This document shows, in pieces, positions 17,901 through 24,462 of a DNA stretch of 25,475 nucleotides. Position 1 is the stretch's first letter, and each line of letters starts with the position of its first letter. The notes under the pieces are model-generated. The model worked only from the letters and a program-made list of their open reading frames with translations, had not been told where the DNA came from and did not search any database. Position numbers and translations under genes: made by a program. This DNA comes from a virus (Duplodnaviria > Caudoviricetes): positions 1 through 25,475 of the IMG/VR virus record IMGVR_UViG_3300042478_001867, one strand, 5' to 3'.

Positions 17901-20752
17901 GGAAACACCATGCAGCCCGAATGGTTGAGGCCATAGCGGACCTTGCGGACGTCACAGGGCTCCATCCAAAAGATATTTCACTTGATGGGAAACTAGGACT
18001 TGCCGTCGGGGCTCGTGGACACGGTACGGCAGCCGCGCACTACGAGCCGGGAAACCAAGTGATCAACATGACCCGCAATAGCGGAGTTGGAACCTTCGCC
18101 CACGAATGGGGCCACGCCTTCGATCACATGCTCGGTGGCTTTGGCATTGGCCGCGACGGCGGAAAATATATGTCCGACGTCGACGTTTCCCATACCCACG
18201 AAGTTACCCACAAGACGCGGGGCTATCCTCTCCGAGTCAATGCGGCCACCGCCGAAGCCTACCGAACTCGGGGTGACGATGAGTTTACGGTAAAAGAACT
18301 GCCAGACCCAGAAATCAGAGGAGCCATGGCCTCTTGGCAAGAAGCGGCCAAGCCTTTTATGAGGCGGGTACGGGGCGTGGTATCGAAGATGATCAGAGAT
18401 GGAAAGCTATCCGAGGGTAAAAGGGATTATTGGAATAGCTCTATTGAGTGCTTCGCACGAAGCTTTGAAGTTCACGTAAAGAAGCAACTGGAAACCAAGG
18501 GCCGAAAAAACACCTATCTTTCTAGCCTCTCCGATGAGTCTGGCGAAGCTTCCCTATGGCCAACCAACGCGGAAGCCGAGTCCATGGCCGAAGCCTTTGC
18601 GGGGCTTATGACCGCATACCGACAAAAACGCCACGGACAGGCCGATCCGATCAAGTTCTCACTCTTTGACGTCATCGGCGAAGTAATTCCCGATTCTGAT
18701 GATTTCGATGAGCTTGCTATCGAAGAAAACGAGTCACCGAATTCATCCGGGCAGGTCCACAAGTACGCATGCTTGATGTTTCACCTAACGGAAGATCTTT
18801 CAGGCCGCATTCGCGAGTTCCAAGCCAACATTGCCGATGATCAGCTTGCGTCTGGCGACAGGGAACAAGAGTCGCACGTGACGCTTCTCTACGGGTTCAA
18901 GGATGAGGAGTTACAGAACGTCTTAGATGCCTTGTCCAATATGCAGGCTCCTTTGGCGACATTCTTCCAGTTAGATGCATTCCCATCAGGTAAGGATGGA
19001 GCACCACTGCACGTCTGCGTCGATTCTCCAGACCTGCACAAGATGTACGCTGAACTTAGAAAGCGTATCCCAGCCGTTTGCACGCATCCGGAATACAAGC
19101 CGCATGTCACGATTGCCTACATGAATGACGCGAGTTCACTGGTGGGCGCTAACGGTCCAATTTTTGGCGAAAGTCGCGTACTCGATCGAGCATTCATCGC
19201 TCTCCAAAGTGGAAAAAATATCGAGGTGACTTTGGGTAAGGCCGATCCGATAAGGATGGGTATTGACGACCAAACCAGAGTTGCTGGAGCCGAGTCAGAG
19301 AATGGCGATGAACAGGCAGAAGCGATCGCGGAAATACTTACGTCGCTCTACGGCGATGACGCCGAAGCCATGTTCGACAAGATCTATGGCATCAAGAGAA
19401 TGGCATGGGCAGCCATCGATCACCCAAGGGGGCCCAATGGGCGTTTCATCGCCAAGAACAGCCCCGAGGCGGCATCCGCTGCGAAGGAAAAGATCAATGA
19501 GGCGCTCAATGGCCAAAGGTCGCCTAGCTCACTGAAGACGGTTACGGAGCACCTATCGATCTTGACTGTCAAGCAGCTACGGGAGATGCAGAAGGAGCAT
19601 GGTATCCGCGCAGGCGGAGCGAAACCGCAATTGGTCGCCAAGATCGCCGATCGGCTGCATGGCAAAGTAACTCAGACGGACAGCCAAGCAAGTAAGTTCC
19701 ACGAAAACGGCACTCCAAAACAAGTCAACAACCGCGACATCTACACGGTCCCAACGTCTTCCTTGAAGGTCGACCCAAAGCGATTTCAGTACAAAGTGAA
19801 AGACATCGGGGAGGATGGCGTTACTGGAGAACTCAAGGGAGTTTCCAAGTGGAACCCGGAACTGGCCGGATCGCTATTGGTGTGGCGTGATCCATCCGAC
19901 GGGCAGGACTACGTGATCAACGGACACCATCGCCATGAATTGGCAAGCAGACTCAATGCCGATCACATCAATGCGAGATACATCGACGCGCCAAACGCCA
20001 AGGAAGCTCGCGCTCGAGGGGCATTAGCGAACATCGCGGAAGGCCGAGGATCGGCCATCGACGCCGCAAAGTACCTTCGAGACTCGGGGCAAACCCTTGA
20101 CCACCTACGCGAAGCGGGGATCAGCATGTCCGGGAAACTGGCGTCCGATGCGGTGACGCTTACTGCCCTAAACGATAAGGCATTCCAGAAGGTGACCGAA
20201 GGGAGGTTGGATGAAACGACCGCGTTGGCCGTCGCAAAGCACCTCAAGGATCCAGCACTTCAGGATCTATTGTTCAAGAAACTTGCTGATCGAGAGACCG
20301 AAGGCAAGGACTGGAGTACGCGAGAAATCGAGACGGCTGCACGCAAGATGGCCAACGCTGGAAAGGCAACGCAAACGGGCTTCGATCTGTTCGGTGCATT
20401 TGAAGATGAAAAATCGACGTTCGATCAGGAGGTAGAACTTGAATCGTTTGCAAACCGCATGCTTCAGCAGGAAGCCGACGACTACCGAGCCGTGGCCAAC
20501 AAGCGCCGAGCCAATCGGGTATCGGAGGCTGGGAACGTACTGGCGATCGACGAAAACGCTAAGCGATCCGATTCGGCAGAGCAATCCGTCAAGGATTTCA
20601 ATCGAGAAGTTCATCTTCGGGGCCCAGTAAACGCAGTGATCCAAAAGCACGCGGCAGATCTTCTGTTGGCGAAAACCAAAAAAGAGAAAGAAGCCGTTAA
20701 GTCCGCAATGATGGACGAGTTAAAATTGTCTCTTCGATCCTTTGGAACCTAA
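14900..20752 (+). CDS. Portal (Mu gp29/DUF935-like) fused to polyvalent cargo: LPD1/zincin-like, 2H-phosphoesterase and ParB-like domains
   Basis: The N-terminal ~400 aa look portal-like (MLRDPQVRLCLAMR, VWGWAAGEV, LDPIARMNFG), and there is no other portal candidate in the window. Cargo motifs: HEWGH 18101-18115, YWNSSIECFARSFE 18428-18469, HVTL 18875-18886, HVTI 19103-19114 and NGHHR 19919-19933. Confidence 0.8.
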   Translation: MSQSWEFETYVGVGNRPTGDAAKAMTVPTKENPRGNPRTQHYRGPHYVYFNQHRDLPLFTFETIRVMLRDPQVRLCLAMRAAPLQSVEFAYQDGIGEDGKPTWIPGVKAKNPVVAAWVLRQLQTIWNNYLPGIMRSQVWGWAAGEVTLRLSDSNLIEIDQLLHRHARDCRLMEWEHAGTPWGVQIDNVKNMGVVQLPFPYCYFINFRPEDGERYSCPILLGAYSPWCDKWLNGGALDTRRLYMHKDAYGGMKVGYPEESVFVEGNDNPVPARDIALQIVEQRQAGGTLTYPSTRDDQGNEKWIIAEATVASNPEHILKYPKDLDAEIRQGMEIPDGAISNDGAGSWEGKSLPLAAFYSGLDSWVVQILCDIRRTLDPIARMNFGTDVEYEITHKPLAQSAMEQQGQKQAGTDQGQAMHGDPSGIMNPADQGMLQRMGSLDPVDAVGRGVLSASSIVEAARRALDNGVLRLSLKESDEGEDSDEEALERAKAIAEILEHIYGDDAESHFDEMFGSQVQKMGSWNAIDHPRGPNGRFIPKYSAEAVSAAKDAVKESLQSNKTPESAKKLVEHLSLLNGKQLRELKQEYGVSAAGKTKQSLVEKIADRLDRGRRTPKDDAGTETPKEDAQASSDTALSDTALADKSSESKAGEPKAREKKPFVYPDGSTQVFNADGTPAATTEAFSKAEESGADPREAAKAADQQEETKKEYEFARDSEVGNRGEDLKNSARHKVNAWKGLASAETDGTAEKLVNRDMLLKLEPHNLMEHADRAPLTSLAMHFAMKSFPPNPVYGKNTKNTPELRSDYVAAYQSIKAKAEEIASTHDDKDSIKSIRRLQSHVMGIVNERRKANRFDNLANNLIGLANSLEVSRYASKTTTYGKLNEFASELKTKYGDEWTNAFNDDNTPQGMESKRIMLEKAAEHAKDVIEGKSINATFGKESKTGAKRKDFELKNLYGQKAERMGGRDLSSITSDPNKAVDHLIDEYGLRGFQWGNSVTDSERKHHAARMVEAIADLADVTGLHPKDISLDGKLGLAVGARGHGTAAAHYEPGNQVINMTRNSGVGTFAHEWGHAFDHMLGGFGIGRDGGKYMSDVDVSHTHEVTHKTRGYPLRVNAATAEAYRTRGDDEFTVKELPDPEIRGAMASWQEAAKPFMRRVRGVVSKMIRDGKLSEGKRDYWNSSIECFARSFEVHVKKQLETKGRKNTYLSSLSDESGEASLWPTNAEAESMAEAFAGLMTAYRQKRHGQADPIKFSLFDVIGEVIPDSDDFDELAIEENESPNSSGQVHKYACLMFHLTEDLSGRIREFQANIADDQLASGDREQESHVTLLYGFKDEELQNVLDALSNMQAPLATFFQLDAFPSGKDGAPLHVCVDSPDLHKMYAELRKRIPAVCTHPEYKPHVTIAYMNDASSLVGANGPIFGESRVLDRAFIALQSGKNIEVTLGKADPIRMGIDDQTRVAGAESENGDEQAEAIAEILTSLYGDDAEAMFDKIYGIKRMAWAAIDHPRGPNGRFIAKNSPEAASAAKEKINEALNGQRSPSSLKTVTEHLSILTVKQLREMQKEHGIRAGGAKPQLVAKIADRLHGKVTQTDSQASKFHENGTPKQVNNRDIYTVPTSSLKVDPKRFQYKVKDIGEDGVTGELKGVSKWNPELAGSLLVWRDPSDGQDYVINGHHRHELASRLNADHINARYIDAPNAKEARARGALANIAEGRGSAIDAAKYLRDSGQTLDHLREAGISMSGKLASDAVTLTALNDKAFQKVTEGRLDETTALAVAKHLKDPALQDLLFKKLADRETEGKDWSTREIETAARKMANAGKATQTGFDLFGAFEDEKSTFDQEVELESFANRMLQQEADDYRAVANKRRANRVSEAGNVLAIDENAKRSDSAEQSVKDFNREVHLRGPVNAVIQKHAADLLLAKTKKEKEAVKSAMMDELKLSLRSFGT
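16364..16717 (+). repeat. Internal protein repeat copy 1 (AIAEIL...YGDDAE / HPRGPNGRFI / SAP-like), ~118 aa
   Basis: Aligns colinearly with 19316-19657 in translation. Confidence 0.9.
16733..16815 (+). repeat. Short in-frame duplications in the polyprotein linker (TPKDDA/TPKEDA; SDTAL-SDTAL)
   Basis: ACTCCCAAGGA(T/A)GACGC at 16733 and 16760. GAG(T/C)GACACTGCTTT at 16786 and 16801. Confidence 0.8.
18639..19251 (+). repeat. 13-bp direct repeat AGGCCGATCCGAT bracketing the 2H-phosphoesterase module
   Basis: Identical copies at 18639-18651 and 19239-19251, exactly 600 nt apart and in the same frame (both encode A-D-P-I). Confidence 0.8.
19316..19657 (+). repeat. Internal protein repeat copy 2 (AIAEIL...YGDDAE / HPRGPNGRFI / SAP-like), ~114 aa
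   Basis: Shares AIAEIL, YGDDAE, AIDHPRGPNGRFI, SAAK, EHLS, KQLRE and KIADRL with copy 1. Confidence 0.9.
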
Positions 20753-20770
20753 ACCTAATCGGAGTAAGCA

Positions 20771-20941
20771 ATGGCCAACGATCCAACCGAGCCCAAAAAA
20801 AGCGAATGGTACCTGACCCCGGAGGAAGCTAGCCGAGTCGCCAAAGGCCATCGCGAAATGGTTGAACTCCCAGAGACGAAACCTATCCCTCAGGCCAAAA
20901 AATCTGAACCCGACAAGACGAAACCGGAAACCGATGGCTAG
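20771..20941 (+). CDS. Small hypothetical protein (56 aa, not in ORF track)
   Basis: GGAG at 20761-20764, then ATG 20771, encoding MANDPTEPKKSEWYLTPEEASRVAKGHREMVELPETKPIPQAKKSEPDKTKPETDG. Fills the gap between portal and MuF, and its stop overlaps the MuF ATG by 8 nt. Confidence 0.65.
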   Translation: MANDPTEPKKSEWYLTPEEASRVAKGHREMVELPETKPIPQAKKSEPDKTKPETDG

Positions 20942-21950
20942 TTTAACGTCCCTCGAACCAAGCGATCGCATAGCAGGCATGGCCCTCATCGGGGCTGAGG
21001 CTTTGTTTGCAGAAATTCGCGGACGGATCGGCGATGCTGCTACCGGACCAATCTACGCACCGCAATCGAACTTGCTTTCGGCAATCTGGAAAGTGATGAA
21101 CGATTCGGTCCCTGTCATTGTCGACCATCTGACGGATACCGAGATGGCGAGCTGGACGGGTGGTATGGATTCGTTGGCCAAGCAACTCCCGAAGTGGCTA
21201 CTCGGCGACTTCATGGATGGACGTTTTGGGCAGTCTCCCCCGGACCGTCCTCGCTTCTCTCTCTTCGACATGTTCGGCGACGAGCCGAAACTGCGATTTC
21301 CATTGATCGAAAAGGCAGCAGAGAAACTCGCCGATCGCAACATCATGACTCGCAGCGACTGGGATGCAGCAACGCGGTCCGCGCAGGAGCGAGCGTTCTT
21401 CATCACCGGCGACATCACTCGGGACACGATCTCCAAAGTTCGAGATGAGCTTGTCAACGATTTATCCGACGGCACGTCGCTTCTCACGTTTCGCGAACGA
21501 GTCAGCGACGTTCTGAACCGTTCTGCCATCGGCCCGGCCAGAGTGGAGAACATTTATCGCACCAACGTCCAAGCCGCATTCCGCGATGGACGTGAGACGT
21601 TGGCCAGCCATCCGGTTGTCGCTGGGATCTTCCCCTATCAGCAGTACCTCGCTCAGCATGATGCGAGAACCAGGCACCAGCACAAGGAACTCGAGAAGCT
21701 GGGTCTCAACGGGACTGCGGTCTATCGCCGAGACGATCCGTTCTGGGATATGTTCACGCCCCCTTGGGATTACCAGTGCCGTTGCGGCGTACGCATGCTG
21801 ACCATCTCCCAGGCGGCTAAGTTGGGCGTCAAGGAAGCAATCGAGTGGCTCGATACCGGCGTCGCGCCGATGCGACCGGAATGGCGGTATCAAGACATCC
21901 CATTTGCTGCGAAGCCAGGATTTGGAAGCCGTGGAAGGGTGGCAGCATGA
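20934..21950 (+). CDS. MuF / SPP1 gp7-like minor head morphogenesis protein
   Basis: Hallmark motifs AFFITG, RVENIYRTNVQAAF, DARTRHQH and DDPFWDMFTPPWDYQCRC. Start moved to ATG 20934. Confidence 0.9.
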   Translation: MASLTSLEPSDRIAGMALIGAEALFAEIRGRIGDAATGPIYAPQSNLLSAIWKVMNDSVPVIVDHLTDTEMASWTGGMDSLAKQLPKWLLGDFMDGRFGQSPPDRPRFSLFDMFGDEPKLRFPLIEKAAEKLADRNIMTRSDWDAATRSAQERAFFITGDITRDTISKVRDELVNDLSDGTSLLTFRERVSDVLNRSAIGPARVENIYRTNVQAAFRDGRETLASHPVVAGIFPYQQYLAQHDARTRHQHKELEKLGLNGTAVYRRDDPFWDMFTPPWDYQCRCGVRMLTISQAAKLGVKEAIEWLDTGVAPMRPEWRYQDIPFAAKPGFGSRGRVAA

Positions 21951-23233
21951 CGAAGGTTTATGCCTACAAATGGAAGGTTGGAGGCTTTGATGTTGAAAGC
22001 CCTGAACCATCGACCAACCCCCAAAAGCAGTTTCTTGATATGCCGCGAGGGGCCGTCTCTGGATTTGCTCAGTTCTACCTACGAACGGATGACGCAAAAA
22101 AGGTATCGCAGCAGTCTTCGGTTGACATCGTTGCCAACATCTTTACCCGCGAAAATGACGGTTCAACGGTATGGCAACAAACCGATTCGATGACCTGGAA
22201 AAAGTACATCCCCGTCGAAATCGCGGAAGAGAATCAACGAGGCTATTCGCTCGTCATTCTTCGGGACGTGCGTCACAAACTCGACAGAGCGGAAACGGCG
22301 AAGATCTGGAACGAAGTACGATACGTGACATTTACGGCATCCCTTGCCGAAACAATCACCTACGAGCCCCTGCATTTGAATAGCGGCGTTCCGTACACGT
22401 ATCAGAACATCGTGACGGAGCTGCTCGGACCAATTACAGCGCCATCACTTCCAGCGGGTGGATCCGGCATTCCAAGAAACCTGAAAAGCACAGGATCGAC
22501 CGCTGCGGCTCTCGATGGAATCCTTGCATCGCTTGGCTACGCCCTGACGATTAGCCGGGACGGTACAGCGAACTATGTAGACGTAGGCAACGTGACGGTC
22601 CCACCTAAGATCACAGCGGCGCGAACTGAAAAGCTTATCGGGACGATAGAAGGAAACCCAGTGCTTCACGGCAAGGTTACGGTATGGCCAACGAAGTATT
22701 ATCCCTATCACCCAAAATCCAGTTCGACCGCGATCGGAGGTGGAGGCGACGCAAAAGAAATCATCCTTCTCGATCACGAACTATCTGACAAAAACGCGGG
22801 TGTTCTCTCTGCCCGACTGACCGCCATTCAGACCGTTGTGAATGCATGGCACCAGGCCGAACGGAACGATTACGACGACACCTTCTACGGTCTTTTGGAC
22901 GTAGTGCCAGGTCCAGGGATAACACGAGTCACTTGGTACGTTGGCGACAACGCACAAGGGCATTGCACGCGGGTAAAGCAGTATTCGCCGCCTATGCCTT
23001 GGCCAGACCGCACCGAACCGCCAGCTCCAACGCCATTGTGGGGCAAGACATTCAACACTATCGCGGCGGATTCCACCGGCGAAGTATTTGTTGACGATCC
23101 GGTATCGGGCGGTATGTGGACGACATCGAGCAAGGTGCAGTTTGTCTACAACCGTGGGCCTGCGATCGCAACGAACAAGCGGGTGATACTATTTCCCATG
23201 GATGACCGTTGGTGCGTTGTGGAGGTGTGCTAG
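21947..23233 (+). CDS. Hypothetical tail-tip/hub-like structural protein
   Basis: ATGA overlap with MuF. Contains LVILRDVR, YTYQNIVTELL and AAALDGILASLGY, reminiscent of hub-type proteins. Ends in WCVVEVC. Confidence 0.5.
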   Translation: MTKVYAYKWKVGGFDVESPEPSTNPQKQFLDMPRGAVSGFAQFYLRTDDAKKVSQQSSVDIVANIFTRENDGSTVWQQTDSMTWKKYIPVEIAEENQRGYSLVILRDVRHKLDRAETAKIWNEVRYVTFTASLAETITYEPLHLNSGVPYTYQNIVTELLGPITAPSLPAGGSGIPRNLKSTGSTAAALDGILASLGYALTISRDGTANYVDVGNVTVPPKITAARTEKLIGTIEGNPVLHGKVTVWPTKYYPYHPKSSSTAIGGGGDAKEIILLDHELSDKNAGVLSARLTAIQTVVNAWHQAERNDYDDTFYGLLDVVPGPGITRVTWYVGDNAQGHCTRVKQYSPPMPWPDRTEPPAPTPLWGKTFNTIAADSTGEVFVDDPVSGGMWTTSSKVQFVYNRGPAIATNKRVILFPMDDRWCVVEVC

Positions 23234-24462
23234 TGGCCAGGATCGGTACTTGTTGCTGCATCGAATGCCTTATTTTTTCCGACGACTTCACGAGAGGAGA
23301 GACCGGAACTCCGTTGGGTAATAGAGTCTCAGCACCGTTCTCGGGCCAGGGATGGTGCGATACCCCTGGGGACTACTACATCGTGGATACCCCAACGTGG
23401 AGAGCCAGGTGCGAAGTCCCAGACGCGAAAGCGATCTGCAACGTGAAGCACCCTAACGAAGTTGGCTCCATGTACGTCTCTCTGATCACGCAAGAGGAAG
23501 AGAACCGAGCTGGTTCGGAGTACTCTGATGGACAGAAGTGGCGACTCTATTTGAACGTCTCCAGGACGGTCTCGGGCGACCCGGAGGAATGCGAGGCGAC
23601 ATCCTACTACTTCGCCGAGTACGAGAGGCTTGGTGGAGCTGCTGGAGGGTCTTCGGATCCCGCCGATCGGAGCTGGATTCGGCTTGGGGTTGGCAGCGGG
23701 GGCAGCGAATCGATTTTGAAGCAGCTCCAAGTGTTTTCCGAAACGGGTGACTCAAGGCGTTTCTGGGCGACTATCGACGAGGACAGCTTTTGCGCCGGGG
23801 TCGACAATTCCATACTTGGTTCCGTGTCGATGGAATCTCCAGGGCTGTTTGTAAACGGATGGTACAGCGGGTTCGGGATGAGCGAACAAGACATGCTCGC
23901 CGACAACTTTGAGTTCTATCGGCACTACAACAGCAATCCACCTGAAACCAGGGACCTCAATTGTCCGCGATGCGGATTGTGCCTTTGTGACGACAACACC
24001 GCAGAAGGAACCGATAACCAAATCGAACTGCCCGCAGTGCTGAACGTCTGCATTTGGCCAGACCCAGAGGACTGCGCTCGCCTAATAAACCTTGAGCCTT
24101 GTTGCTTCCAGATCGAATACGATCGAGTCGACAACGCGTGGAAGCATGATGAGCAGCAGTGCTGCGGTCAGTTTATCGTCGAGTTTGCTTGCGCTGCCGA
24201 GCCGGGAATCAACAAGTATGTCCTGGCAAACATGGGCGGTTGCACTCAGACAGGTGAAGGCACCAGCACTCGCAACCCGATCGACTACAGATGCGCAAGC
24301 GAGACGGGGGAGTCGTGCTTCCTTTTCGGCCCATACGTCATAACCGAACTAGATTTTGCTTGCCTTTGTCGCGACACTATTTTCGGGACTGGTGCGTGTG
24401 GTTACTACGTTACGGTAAGTTCCGATGACTGTTGCTCACGAAGGGATTGCAGTGGTGTGTAG
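23233..24462 (+). CDS. Cys-rich putative virion/tail-tip protein (29 Cys in 409 aa)
   Basis: GGAGG at 23221-23225, then GTG 23233 overlapping the upstream TAG. Starts MARIGTCCCIEC. Contains IFSDDF (a lectin-like start), three CC pairs and CPRCGLCLC. Confidence 0.7.
   Translation: MARIGTCCCIECLIFSDDFTRGETGTPLGNRVSAPFSGQGWCDTPGDYYIVDTPTWRARCEVPDAKAICNVKHPNEVGSMYVSLITQEEENRAGSEYSDGQKWRLYLNVSRTVSGDPEECEATSYYFAEYERLGGAAGGSSDPADRSWIRLGVGSGGSESILKQLQVFSETGDSRRFWATIDEDSFCAGVDNSILGSVSMESPGLFVNGWYSGFGMSEQDMLADNFEFYRHYNSNPPETRDLNCPRCGLCLCDDNTAEGTDNQIELPAVLNVCIWPDPEDCARLINLEPCCFQIEYDRVDNAWKHDEQQCCGQFIVEFACAAEPGINKYVLANMGGCTQTGEGTSTRNPIDYRCASETGESCFLFGPYVITELDFACLCRDTIFGTGACGYYVTVSSDDCCSRRDCSGV

Noticed and set aside
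20862-20933. Longest-ORF starts given in the track (also 2618, 4207, 9281, 12571, 21845, 23209)
   Set aside because: Downstream starts with an RBS and/or stop-start overlaps fit better. The extensions overlap neighbouring genes or the hairpin.
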